Assembly (NCBI GenBank): GCA_964016885.1
Contig: OZ024741.1
Location: 18,662,001 to 18,726,000 of the forward strand
From: Eledone cirrhosa
Taxonomy: Eukaryota
Direction: 5' to 3'
DNA length: 64,000 nt
Below the pieces are notes generated by a model. The model saw nothing but the letters and a program-made list of their open reading frames with translations. It searched no databases and was not told the DNA's origin. Made by a program: the position numbers and the translations under genes. The number at the start of each line of letters is the position of its first letter. Positions within the stretch are counted from its first letter, which is position 1. This document shows, piece by piece, positions 1 through 15,000 of the stretch.

Positions 1-3000
1 ACTGCCATTCTATCTGATGTCCTAACGACTACAATTCTATCTGACGTTCGAACGACTGCCATTCTATCTAACGTTCTAACGACTGCCATTCTATCTGACG
101 TACTAACGACTCTGCCATTCTATCTGACGTTCTAACGACTGCCATTCTATGTGACGTTCGAGCGACTGCCATTCTATCTGACATTCTAAAGACTACCATT
201 ATATCTGATGTTCTAACGACTGCCATTCTCTCTGACGTCCTAACGACTACCATTCTATCTGACGTTCGAAAGACTGCCATTCTATCTGACGTTCGAACGA
301 CTGCCATTCTATCTGACGTTTTACCGACCGTCATTCTATCTGACATACGAACGACTGCCATTCTATCTGACGTTCTAACGACAGTCATTCTATCTGACGT
401 TCTGACGACTGCCATTCTATCTGACGTTCTAACGACTGCCATTCTATCTGATGTTCTAACGACTCTGCCATTCTAATGATTGCCATTCTATCTGACGTTC
501 TAAAGACTACCATTCTATCCGACGTTCTAAGGACTGCCATTCTATCTGACGTTCGTACGACTTCCATTGTATCTGTCTGATGTTCTAACGACTCTGCCAT
601 TCTATCTGACGTTCTAACTACTGACATTCTATCACACGTTCGAACGACTGCCATTCTATACGACGTTCTAACGACAGTGCCATTCTATCTGACATTCTAA
701 TGACTGCCATTCTATCTTAGGTTCGAACCACTGCCATTCTATCTGACGTTCTAACGACTGCCATTCTATCTGACGTTCTAACGACTGCCATTCTATCTGA
801 TCACCTAACGACTACAATTCTATCTGACGTTCGAACGACTGCCATTCTATCTAACGTTCTAACGACTGCCATTCTATCTGACGTTCTAGCGACTGCCATT
901 CCATCTGACGTTCTAACTACTGACATTCTATCTGATGTCCTAACGACTACAATTCTGTCTGACGTTCGAACAAATGCCGTTCTCTCTAACGTTATAACGA
1001 CCGCCATTCTATCTGACGTTCTAGCGACTGCCATTCTATCTGACGTTTTAACGACTCTGCCATTCTACCTGCCGTTCTAACGACTCTGCTATTCTGTCTG
1101 CCGTTCGAACGACTGCCATTCTATACGATGTTCTAACGTCTCTGCCATTCTATCTGACATTCTAAAGACTGCCATTTTATGTGACGTTCTAACTACTGAC
1201 ATTCTATCTGACGTTCTCAACGACTTTGCTATTCTATCTGCCGTTCGAACGACTGCCATTCTATATTACCTTGTAACGACTGCCATTCTATCTGCCGTTA
1301 TAAAGACTCTGCGATTCTATTTGACGTTGTAACGACTGCCATTCTATCTGCCCATCTGCGATTCTAACTACTGACATTATATCTGATGTTCTAACGACTG
1401 CCATTCTATCTGATGTCCTAACGACTACAATTCTATCTGACGTTCGAACGACTGCCATTCTATCTAACGTTCCATCGACTGCCATTCTATCTGACGTTCG
1501 AACGACTGCCATTCTATCTAACGTTCGAACGACTGCCATTCTATCTGACGTTCGAAAGACTGCCATTCTATCTGACGTTCGAACGACTGCCATTCTATCT
1601 AACGTTCCATCGACTGCCATTCTATCTGACGTACTAATGACTGCCATTCTACCTGACGTTCTAACGACTGCCATTCTATCTGACGTTAGAGCGACTGCCA
1701 TTCTATCTGACATTCTAAAGACTACCATTATATCTGATGTTCTAACGACTGCCATTCTCTCTGATGTCCTAACGACTACCATTCTATCTGACGTTCGAAA
1801 GACTGCCATTCTATCTGACATTCGAACGACTGCCATTCTATCTGACGTCCTAACGACCGTCATTCCATCTGACATATTAACGACTGCCATTCTATCTGAC
1901 GTTCTCACGACTGCCATTCTATCTGACGTTTTCACGACTGCCATTCTATCTGACGTTTTAACGACTGCCATTATGTCTGATGTTCTAACGACTGCCATTC
2001 TATCTGACGTTGTAACGACTGCCATTCTATCTGACCTTCTAAGGCTGTAATTACATCTAAGATTCTAACTACTGACATTCTATCTGACGTTCTAACGACT
2101 GCCATTCTATCTGACGTTCGAACGACTGCCATTCAATCTGACGTTCTAACGACTGCCATTCTATCTGACGTTCTACCGACTGCCATTCTATCTGACGTTC
2201 TAACAAGTCTGCCATTCCATTTGACGTTCTAACTACTGACATTCTATCTGACGTTCTAACGACTGCCATTCTATCTTAGGTTCGAACGACTGCCATTCTA
2301 TCTGACGTTCTAACGACTGCCATTCTATCTGACCTTCTAAGGCTGCAATTCCATCTGAGATTCTAACTACTCACATTATATCTGACGTTCTAACGACTAC
2401 TATTATATCTGATGTTCTACCGACTGCCATTCTATCTGATCTCCTAACGACTACAATTCTATCTGACGTTCAAACGACTGCAATTCTATCTAACGGTCTA
2501 ACGACTGTGCTTTTCTATCTGCCGTTCGAACGACTGCCGTTCTATATGACATTCTAACGACTGCCATTCTATCCGCCGTTATAAAGACTCTGCCATTCTA
2601 TCTGACGTTCTAACGACTACCATTATATCTGATGTTCTAACGACTGCCATTCTATCTAAGGTTCGAACGACTCACATTCTATCTGACGTACTAACGACTG
2701 CCATTCTATTTGACGTTCGGGCGACTGCCATTCTATCTGACATTCTAAAGACTACCTTTATATCTGATGTTCTAACGACTGCCACTCTATCTGATGTTCT
2801 ATGAATGCCATTCTATCTGACGTTCGAAAGTCTGCCATTCTATCTGTCGTTCGAACGACTGCCATTCTATTTGACGTTCTAACGACCGTCATTCTATCTG
2901 ACATACTAACGACTGCCATTCTATCTGGCGTTCTAACGACAGTCATTCTATCTGACTTTCGAACGACTGCCATTCTATCTGATGTTCTAACGGCTGCCTT

Positions 3001-6000
3001 TCTATCTGACGTTCTAACGACTGCCATTCTATCTGACGTTCTAACGACTGCCATTCTATCTGACGTTCTAACGACTGCCATTCTATCTGACGTTCTAACG
3101 ACTGCCATTCTATCTGACGTTCTAACGACTCCCATTCTATCTGACGTTCGAAAGTCTGCCATTCTATCTGTCGTTCGAACGACTGCCATTCTATTTGACG
3201 TTCTAACGACCGTCATTCTATCTGACATACTAACGACTGCCATTCTATCTGGCGTTCTAACGACAGTCATTCTATCTGACTTTCGAACGACTGCCATTCT
3301 ATCTGACGTTCTAACGACTCCCATACTATCTGACGTTCTAATGGCTGCCATTCTATATGACGTTCTAACGACTGCCATTCTATCTGACGTTCTAACGACT
3401 CCCATTCTATCTGACGTTCTAACTACTGTCATTCTATCTGACGTTCTAACGACTCTGCCATTCTATTTGATGTTCTAACGACTGTGCCATTCTAACGATT
3501 GCTATTCTATCTGACGTCCTAACGACTACCATTCTATATGACGTTCTAACGGCTGCCATTCTATCTGACGTTCTAACGGCTGCCATTCTAACGACTGTCA
3601 TTCTATCTGACATTCTAACGACTGTCATTCTATCTGACATTCTAACGACTCTGCCATTCTATCTGACGTTCTAACGACTGCCATTCTATTTGACGTTAGG
3701 GCGACTGCCATTCTATCTGACATTCTAAAGACTACCTTTATATCTGATGTTCTAACGACTGCCACTCTATCTGATGTTCTATGAATGCCATTCTATATGA
3801 CGTTCGAAAGTCTGCCATTCTATCTGTCGTTCGAACGACTGCCATTCTATTTGACGTTCTAACGACCGTCATTCTATCTGACATACTAACGACTGCCATT
3901 CTATCTGGCGTTCTAACGACTGCCATTCTATCTGACGTTCTAACGACTACCATTCTATCTGACGTTCTAACGACTGCCATTCTATCTGACGTTCTGACTA
4001 CTGTCATTCTATCTGACGTTCTAACGACTCTGCCATTCTATTTGATGTTCTAACGACTCTGCCATTCTAACGATTGCTATTCTATCTGACGTCCTAACGA
4101 CTACCATTCTATATGACGTTCTAACGACTGCCATTCTATCTGACGTTCTAACAACTGCCATTCTATCTGACGTTCTAACGACTGCCATTCTATCTGACGT
4201 TCTAACGACTCCCATTCTATCTGACGTTCTAACGGCTGCAATTCTATCTGACGTTCTAACGACTGCCATTCTATCTGACGTTCTAACGACTGCCATTCTA
4301 TCTCACGTTCTGACTACTGTCATTCTATCTGACGTTCTAACGACTCTGCCATTCTATTTGATGTTCTAACGACTGTGCCATTCTAACGATTGCTATTCTA
4401 TCTGACGTCCTAACGACTACCATTCTATATGACGTTCTAACGGCTGCCATTCTATCTGACGTTCTAACGGCTGCCATTCTATGAGACGTTCTAACGACTC
4501 CCATTCTATCTGACGTTCTAACGGCTGCCATTCTATCTGACGTTCTAACGACTGCCATTCTAACGACTGTCATTCTATCTGACATTCTAACGACTCCCAT
4601 TCTATCTGACGTTCGAAAGTCTGCCATTCTATCTGTCGTTCGAACGACTGCCATTCTATTTGACGTTCTAACGACCGTCATTCTATCTGACATACTAACG
4701 ACTGCCATTCTATCTGGCGTTCTAACGACAGTCATTCTATCTGACTTTCGAACGACTGCCATTCTATCTGACGTTCTAACGACTCCCATACTATCTGACG
4801 TTCTAATGGCTGCCATTCTATATGACGTTCTAACGACTGCCATTCTATCTGACGTTCTAACGACTCCCATTCTATCTGACGTTCTAACTACTGTCATTCT
4901 ATCTGACGTTCTAACGACTCTGCCATTCTATTTGATGTTCTAACGACTGTGCCATTCTAACGATTGCTATTCTATCTGACGTCCTAACGACTACCATTCT
5001 ATATGACGTTCTAACGGCTGCCATTCTATCTGACGTTCTAACGGCTGCCATTCTAACGACTGTCATTCTATCTGACATTCTAACGACTGTCATTCTATCT
5101 GACATTCTAACGACTCTGCCATTCTATCTGACGTTCTAACGACTGCCATTCTATTTGACGTTAGGGCGACTGCCATTCTATCTGACATTCTAAAGACTAC
5201 CTTTATATCTGATGTTCTAACGACTGCCACTCTATCTGATGTTCTATGAATGCCATTCTATATGACGTTCGAAAGTCTGCCATTCTATCTGTCGTTCGAA
5301 CGACTGCCATTCTATTTGACGTTCTAACGACCGTCATTCTATCTGACATACTAACGACTGCCATTCTATCTGGCGTTCTAACGACTGCCATTCTATCTGA
5401 CGTTCTAACGACTACCATTCTATCTGACGTTCTAACGACTGCCATTCTATCTGACGTTCTGACTACTGTCATTCTATCTGACGTTCTAACGACTCTGCCA
5501 TTCTATTTGATGTTCTAACGACTCTGCCATTCTAACGATTGCTATTCTATCTGACGTCCTAACGACTACCATTCTATATGACGTTCTAACGACTGCCATT
5601 CTATCTGACGTTCTAACAACTGCCATTCTATCTGACGTTCTAACGACTGCCATTCTATCTGACGTTCTAACGACTCCCATTCTATCTGACGTTCTAACGG
5701 CTGCAATTCTATCTGACGTTCTAACTACTGTCATTCTATCTGACGTTCTAACGACTCTGCCATTCTATTTGATGTTCTAACGACTGTGCCATTCTAACGA
5801 TTGCTATTCTATCTGACGTCCTAACGACTACCATTCTATATGACGTTCTAACGGCTGCCATTCTATCTGACGTTCTAACGGCTGCCATTCTATGAGACGT
5901 TCTAACGACTCCCATTCTATCTGACGTTCTAACGGCTGCCATTCTATCTGACGTTCTAACGACTGCCATTCTAACGACTGTCATTCTATCTGACATTCTA

Positions 6001-9000
6001 ACGACTCTGCCATTCTATCTGACGTTCTAACGACTGCCATTCTATCTGACATTCTAGCGACTGCCATTCTATCTGACGTTCTAATAACTCTACCAATCCA
6101 TCTGACGTTCTAACTACTGACATTCTATCTGACGTTCTAACGACTACCATTATATCTGATGTTCATACGACTGCCACTGAATCTGATTTTCTAACGACTC
6201 TGCCACTCTGTCTGATGTCCTAACGACTACAATTCTATCTGACGTTCGAACGACTGCCATTCTGTCTGACGTTTGAACGACAGTCATTTTATCTGACGTT
6301 CTAACGACTGCCATTCTATCTGACATTCTAACGGCTGCCTTTCTATCTGACGTTCTAACGGCTGCCATTCTATCTGACGTTCTAACGACTCCCATTCTAT
6401 CTGACGTTCTAACGGCTGCCATTCTATCTAACCTGGTAACGACTGCCATTCTGTCTCGCGTTCTAACGATTCTGCCATTCTATCTGATGTTCTAACGACT
6501 CTGACATTCTAATGATTACCATTCTATCTGACGTTCTAACGACTATCATTCTATCCGACGTTCTAACAACTGCCATTCTATCTGACTTCGTACGACTGCC
6601 ATTGTATCTGTCGTTCTAACGATTCTGCCATTCTATCTGACTTTCTAACGACTGCCAATCCCTCTGACGTTCTAACTACTGACATTCTATGTGACGTTCT
6701 ATCGACTGCCACTGAATCCGATGTTCAAAAGACTCTGCCACACTATCTGATGTCCTAACGACTACAATTCTATCTGACTTTCGAACGACTGCCATTCTAT
6801 CTGACGTTCTAACGACTCTGCCATTCTATCTAACGTTCTAACGACTCTGCCATTCTATCTGACGTTCTGGCGACTGCTATTCTACCTGAAGTTCTAACAA
6901 CTCTGCTATTCTGTCTGATGTTCTAACGACTGTGCCATTCTAGCGATTGCCATTCTATCTGACGTCCTAACGACTACCATTCTATCTGACGTTCTAATGA
7001 CTGCCATTGTATCTGTCGTTCTAACGACTCTGCTATTCTAAATGACGTTCTAACGACTGCCAATCCATCTGACGTTCTAACTACTGACATTCTATCTGAC
7101 GTTCTAACGACTGCCACTGAATTCCATGTTCTAACGACTCTGCCACTGAATTCCATGATCTAACGACTCTGCCACTCTATCTGATGTCCTAACGACTACA
7201 ATTCTATCTGACATACTAACGACTGCCATTCTATCTTACGTTCTAGCGACTTCCATTCTATCTGACGTTAGAATGACTGACATTATATCTAACGTTCTAA
7301 CGACTACCATTATATGTGATGTTCGAACGACTGCCATTCCATCTGATGTCCTAACGACTACAATTCTATCTGACGTTCGAACGACTGCCATTCTATCTAA
7401 CGTTCTAGCGACAGCCATTCTATCTGACGTTCTAACGACTCTGCTATTCTATCTGCCGTTCGAACGACTGCCATTCTATAGGACTTTCTAGCGACTGCCA
7501 TTCTATCTGCAGTTATAAAGACTCTGCCATTCTATCTGAGGTTCTAACGACTGCCATTCTATCTGACGTTCGAGCAACTACCATTATATCTGACATTCTA
7601 AAGACTACCATTATATATGATGTTCTAACGGCTGCCACTCTATCTGATGTTCTAACGACTCTGCCATTCTCTCTGATGTTCTAAAGACTGCCATTCTATC
7701 TGACTTTCGAACGACTGCCATTCTATTTGACGTTCTAACGACTGTCATTCTATTTGATATACTAACGACTGCCATTCTATCTGACGTTCTAACGACAGTC
7801 ATTCTATCTGACGTTCTAACGACTGCCATTCTATCCGACATTCTAACGGCTGCCTTTCTATCTGACGTTCTAACGGCTGCCATACTATCTGAAGTTCTAA
7901 CGACTCCCATACTATCTGAAGTTCTAACGACTCCCATACTATCTGACGTTCTAATGGCTGCCATTCTATATGACGTTCTAACGACTGCCATTCTATCTGA
8001 CGTTCTAACGACTCCCATTCTATCTGACGTTCTAACGACTGCCATTCTATCTGACGTTCGAACGACTGCCATTGTATCATTCGTTCTAACGGCTGCATTT
8101 CTATCTGACATTCTAACGACTGCCATTCTATCTGACGTTCTAACGACTCTGCCATTCTATCTGACGTTCTAACACTTCTTCCATTCCATCTGAAGTTCTA
8201 ACTACTGACATTTTATCTGACGTTCTAACGACTACCATTATATCTGATATTCTAACGACTTCCACTGAATCTGATGTTCTAACGACTCCGCCACTCTATC
8301 TGACGTCCTAACGACTACAATTCTATCTGACGTTCGAACTACTGCCATTCTCTCTGACGTTCGAACGACTGCCATTCTATCTGACTTTCTAACGATTGCC
8401 ATTCTATCTGACGTTCTAGCGACTGCCATTCTATCTGACGTTCTAACGACTGCCATTCTATCTGACGTTCTAACGACTGCCATTCTATCTGACGTTCTAA
8501 CGACTCCCATTCTATCTGACGTTCTAACGGCTGCCATTCTATCTGACGTTCTAACGACTGCCATTCTATCTGACGTTCTAACGACTGCCATTCTATCTCA
8601 CGTTCTGACTACTGTCATTCTATCTGACGTTCTAACGACTCTGCCATTCTATTTGATGTTCTAACGACTGTGCCATTCTAACGATTGCTATTCTATCTGA
8701 CGTCCTAACGACTACCATTCTATATGACGTTCTAACGGCTGCCATTCTATCTGACGTTCTAACGGCTGCCATTCTATGAGACGTTCTAACGACTCCCATT
8801 CTATCTGACGTTCTAACGGCTGCCATTCTATCTGACGTTCTAACGACTGCCATTCTAACGACTGTCATTCTATCTGACATTCTAACGACTCTGCCATTCT
8901 ATCTGACGTTCTAACGACTGCCATTCTATCTGACATTCTAGCGACTGCCATTCTATCTGACGTTCTAATAACTCTACCAATCCATCTGACGTTCTAACTA

Positions 9001-12000
9001 CTGACATTCTATCTGACGTTCTAACGACTACCATTATATCTGATGTTCATACGACTGCCACTGAATCTGATTTTCTAACGACTCTGCCACTCTGTCTGAT
9101 GTCCTAACGACTACAATTCTATCTGACGTTCGAACGACTGCCATTCTGTCTGACGTTTGAACGACAGTCATTTTATCTGACGTTCTAACGACTGCCATTC
9201 TATCTGACATTCTAACGGCTGCCTTTCTATCTGACGTTCTAACGGCTGCCATTCTATCTGACGTTCTAACGGCTGCCATTCTATCTAACCTGGTAACGAC
9301 TGCCATTCTGTCTCGCGTTCTAACGATTCTGCCATTCTATCTGATGTTCTAACGACTCTGACATTCTAATGATTACCATTCTATCTGACGTTCTAACGAC
9401 TATCATTCTATCCGACGTTCTAACAACTGCCATTCTATCTGACTTCGTACGACTGCCATTGTATCTGTCGTTCTAACGATTCTGCCATTCTATCTGACTT
9501 TCTAACGACTGCCAATCCCTCTGACGTTCTAACTACTGACATTCTATGTGACGTTCTATCGACTGCCACTGAATCCGATGTTCAAAAGACTCTGCCACAC
9601 TATCTGATGTCCTAACGACTACAATTCTATCTGACGTTCGAACGACTGCCATTCTATCTGACGTTCTAACGACTCTGCCATTCTATCTGACGTTCTAACG
9701 ACTCTGCCATTCTATCTGACGTTCTGGCGACTGCTATTCTACCTGAAGTTCTAACAACTCTGCTATTCTGTCTGATGTTCTAACGACTGTGCCATTCTAG
9801 CGATTGCCATTCTATCTGACGTCCTAACGACTACCATTCTATCTGACGTTCTAATGACTGCCATTGTATCTGTCGTTCTAACGACTCTGCTATTCTAAAT
9901 GACGTTCTAACGACTGCCAATCCATCTGACGTTCTAACTACTGACATTCTATCTGACGTTCTAACGATTGCCACTGAATTCCATGTTCTAACGACTCTGC
10001 CACTGAATTCCATGATCTAACGACTCTGCCACTCTATCTGATGTCCTAACGACTACAATTCTATCTGACATACTAACGACTGCCATTCTATCTTACGTTC
10101 TAGCGACTTCCATTCTATCTGACGTTAGAATGACTGACATTATATCTAACGTTCTAACGACTACCATTATATGTGATGTTCGAACGACTGCCATTCCATC
10201 TGATGTCCTAACGACTACAATTCTATCTGACGTTCGAACGACTGCCATTCTATCTAACGTTCTAGCGACAGCCATTCTATCTGACGTTCTAACGACTCTG
10301 CTATTCTATCTGCCGTTCGAACGACTGCCATTCTATAGGACTTTCTAACGACTGCCATTCTATCTGCAGTTATAAAGACTCTGCCATTCTATCTGACGTA
10401 CTAACGACTCTGCCATTCTATCTGAGGTTCTAACGACTGCCATTCTATCTGACGTTCGAGCAACTACCATTATATCTGACATTCTAAAGACTACCATTAT
10501 ATATGATGTTCTAACGGCTGCCACTCTATCTGATGTTCTAACGACTCTTCCATTCTCTCTGATGTTCTAAAGACTGCCATTCTATCTGACTTTCGAACGA
10601 CTGCCATTCTATTTGACGTTCTAACGACTGTCATTCTATTTGATATACTAACGACTGCCATTCTATCTGACGTTCTAACGACAGTCATTCTATCTGACGT
10701 TCTAACGACTGCCATTCTATCTGACATTCTAACGGCTGCCTTTCTATCTGACGTTCTAACGGCTGCCATACTATCTGAAGTTCTAACGACTCCCATACTA
10801 TCTGAAGTTCTAACGACTCCCATACTATCTGACGTTCTAATGGCTGCCATTCTATATGACGTTCTAACGACTGCCATTCTATCTGACGTTCTAACGACTC
10901 CCATTCTATCTGACGTTCTAACGACTGCCATTCTATCTGACGTTCGAACGACTGCCATTGTATCATTCGTTCTAACGGCTGCATTTCTATCTGACATTCT
11001 AACGACTGCCATTCTATCTGACGTTCTAACACTTCTGCCATTCCATCTGAAGTTCTAACTACTGACATTTTATCTGACGTTCTAACGACTACCATTATAT
11101 CTGATATTCTAACGACTTCCACTGAATCTGATGTTCTAACGACTCCGCCACTCTATCTGACGTCCTAACGACTACAATTCTATCTGACGTTCGAACTACT
11201 GCCATTCTCTCTGACGTTCGAACGACTGCCATTCTATCTGACTTTCTAACGACTGCCATTCTATCTGACGTTCTAGCGACTGCCATTCAATCTGACGTTC
11301 TAACGACACTGCCGCCATTCCATCTGTCGTTCTAACGACTGCCATTCTATATGACCTTCTAACGACTGCCATTCTATCTGCCGTTCTAACGACTGCAACT
11401 CTATGTGAAGTTCTAACGACTCTGCCATTCTCTCTGATGTCCTAACGACTACCATTCGATCTGACGTTCGAACGACTGCCGTTCTGTCTGACGTTCTAAC
11501 GACAGCCATTCCATCTGTCGTTCTAACGACTCTGCTATTCTATCTGCCGTTCGAACGACTGCCATTCTATATGACCTTCTCACGACTGCTATTCTATCTG
11601 CCATTCTAACGACTGTGCCATTCTAACTGACGTTCTAACTACTGACATTCTATCTGACGTTCTAACGACTACCATTATATCTGATGTTCTAGCGACTGCC
11701 ACTCTATCTGATGTTCTAACTACTCTGCCATTCTCTCTGATGCCGTAACAACTACCATTCTATCTAACGTTCGAACGACTGCCATTCTATCTGACGTTTG
11801 AACGACTGCCATTCTATTTGACGTTCTAACTACTCTGCCATTCTATTTGACATTCTAAAGACTGCCATTCTATCTGACGTTCGAACGACTGCCATTCTAT
11901 CTGACGTTCGAACGACTGACATTCTATCTGACGGTCTAACGGCTGCCATTCTATCTTAGGTTCGAACGACTGCCATTCTATCTGACGTTCTAACGACTGT

Positions 12001-15000
12001 GCCATTCTATATGACGTTCTAACGACAGTCATTCTATCTGACGTTCTAACGACTACCATTCTATCTGATGTTCTAACGACTGCCATTCTGTCTGACAGAA
12101 TAACGACTGTCATTCGATCTGACATTGTAACGACAGTCATTCTATCTGACGTTCCAACGGCTGGATTCTATGTGACGTTCTAACGGCTGCCATTCTATCT
12201 GACGTTCTAACGACTACTCTTCTATCTGACGTTCTAACGACTGTCATTGTATCTGACGTTTGAACGACTGCCATTCTATCTGACTTTCTAACGACTGCCA
12301 TTCTATCTGACGTTCTAACGACTACCATTATATCTGATGTTCTAACAACTGCCATTCTATCTGACGTTCTAGCGACTGCCATTCTGTCTGACGTTCTAAC
12401 GACTCTGCCATTCCATCTGACGTTCTAACGACTCTGCTATTCTATCTGCCATTCGAACGACTGCATTCTATATGAGCTTCTAACGACTGCCATTCTATCT
12501 GACGTTCTAACTATTGTCATTCTATCTGACATTCTAACGACTACCATTATATCTGATGTTCTAACGACTGACACTATCTGATGTTCTAACAACTCTGCCA
12601 TTCTCATTGATGTCCTAACGACTAGCATTCTAGCTGACGGTCGAACGACTGCCATTCCATCTGACGTTCGAACGACTGCCATTCTATTTGACGTTCTGAC
12701 GACACTGCCATTCTATCTGACATTCTAAAGACTGCCATTCTATCTGACGTTCGAACTACTGCCAATCTATCTGACGTTCTAACGACTGCCATTCTATATT
12801 AGGTTAGATTGCCTGCCATTCTATCTGACGTTCTAACGACTCTGTGATTCTATCTGACATTCTAACGACTGGCATTCTATCTGACGTTCGAACGCTTCTG
12901 CCATTCTATCTGACGTTCGAACGACTGACATTCTATCAGACGTTCGAGGGACTACCATTTTATCTGACGTTCTAACGACTCTGCCATTCCATCTGACGTT
13001 CTAACGACTTTGCTATTCTATCTCCCGTTCGAACGTCTGCCATTCTATATGGCCTTCTAACGACTACCATTTTATCTGACGTTCTAACGACTACCATTAT
13101 ATTCTGATGTTAACGACTGCCACTCTATCTGATGTTCTAACGACACTGCCATTCTCTCCGATGTCCTAACGACAACCATTCTATCTGACGTTCTAACGAC
13201 TTTGCTATTCTATCTCCCGTTCTACCGCCACTGCCATTCTATCTGACGTTCTAACTGACATTCTATCTGACGTTCTAACGACTCTGCCATTCTATCTGAC
13301 GTTCTAACGACTCTGCCATTCTATCAGACGTTCTGGCGACTGCATTCTACCTGAAGTTCTAACAACTCTGCTATTCTATCTGATGTTCTAACGACTGTGC
13401 CATTCTAGCGATTGCCATTCTATCTGACGTCCTAACGACTACCATTCTATCTGACGTTCTAACGACTGCCACTGAATTCCATGTTCTAACGACTCGGCCA
13501 CTAAATTCCATGTTCTAACGATTCTGCCACTCTATCTGATGTCCTAACGACTACAATTCGATCTGACGTTCGAACGACAGTCATTCTATCTGACATACTA
13601 ACGAGTGCCATTCTATCTTACGTTCTAGCAACTTCCATTCCATCTGAAGTTAGAATGACTGACATTATATCTAACGTTCTAACGACTACCATTATATCTG
13701 ATGTTCGAACGACTGCCATTCTATCTGATGTCCTAACGACTACAATTCTATCTGACGTTCGAACGACTGCCATTCTATCTAACGTTCTAGCGACTGCCAT
13801 TCTATCTGACGTTCTAACAACTCTGCTATTCTATCTGCCGTTCGAACGACTGCCATTCTATAGGACTTTCTAACGACTGCCATTCTATCTGCCGTTATAA
13901 AGACTCTGCCATTCTATCTGACGTACTAACGACTCTGCCATTCTATCTGAGGTTCTAACGACTGCCATTCTATCTGACGTTCGAGCAACTACCATTATAT
14001 CTGACATTCTAAAGACTACCATTATATCTGATATTCTAACGACTTCCACTGAATCTGATGTTCTAACGACTCCGCCACTCTATCTGACGTCCTAACGACT
14101 ACAATTCTATCTGACGTTCGAACAACTACAATTCTATCTGACGTTCGAACGACTGCCATTCTATCTGACTTTCTAACGACTGCCATTCTATCTGACGTTC
14201 TAGCGACTGCCATTCAATCTGACGTTCTAACGACACTGCCGCCATTCCATCTGTCGTTCTAACGACTGCCATTCTATATGACCTTCTAACGACTGCCATT
14301 CTATCTGCCGTTCTAACTACTACAACTCTATCTGAAGTTCTAACGACTCTGCCATTCTCTCTGATGTCCTAACGACTACCATTCGATCTGACGTTCGAAC
14401 GACTGCCGTTCTGTCTGACGTTCTAACGACAGCCATTCTATCTGACGTTCTAACGACTGCCACTCTATCTGATGTTCTAACTACTCTGCCATTCTCTCTG
14501 ATGTCGTAACAACTACCATTCTATCTAACGTTCGAACGACTGCCATTCTATCTGACGTTCGAACGACTGCCATTCTATTTGACGTTCTAACTACTCTGCC
14601 ATTCTATTTGACATTCTAAAGACTGCCATTCTATCTGACGTTCGAACGCCTGCCATTCTATCTGACGGTCTAGCGGCTGCCATTCTATCTTAGGTTCGAA
14701 CGACTGCCATTCTATCTGACGTTCTAACGACTGTGCCATTCTATATGACGTTCTAACGACAGTCATTCTATCTGACGTTCTAACGACTACCATTCTATCT
14801 GATGTTCTAACGACTGCCATTCTGTCTGACAGAATAACGACTGTCATTCGATCTGACATTCTAACGACAGTCATTCTATCTGACGTTCCAACGGCTGGAT
14901 TCTATGTGACGTTCTAACGGCTGCCATTCTATCTGACGTTCTAACGACTACTATTCTATCTGATGTTCTAACAACTGCCATTCTATTTGACGTCTTAACG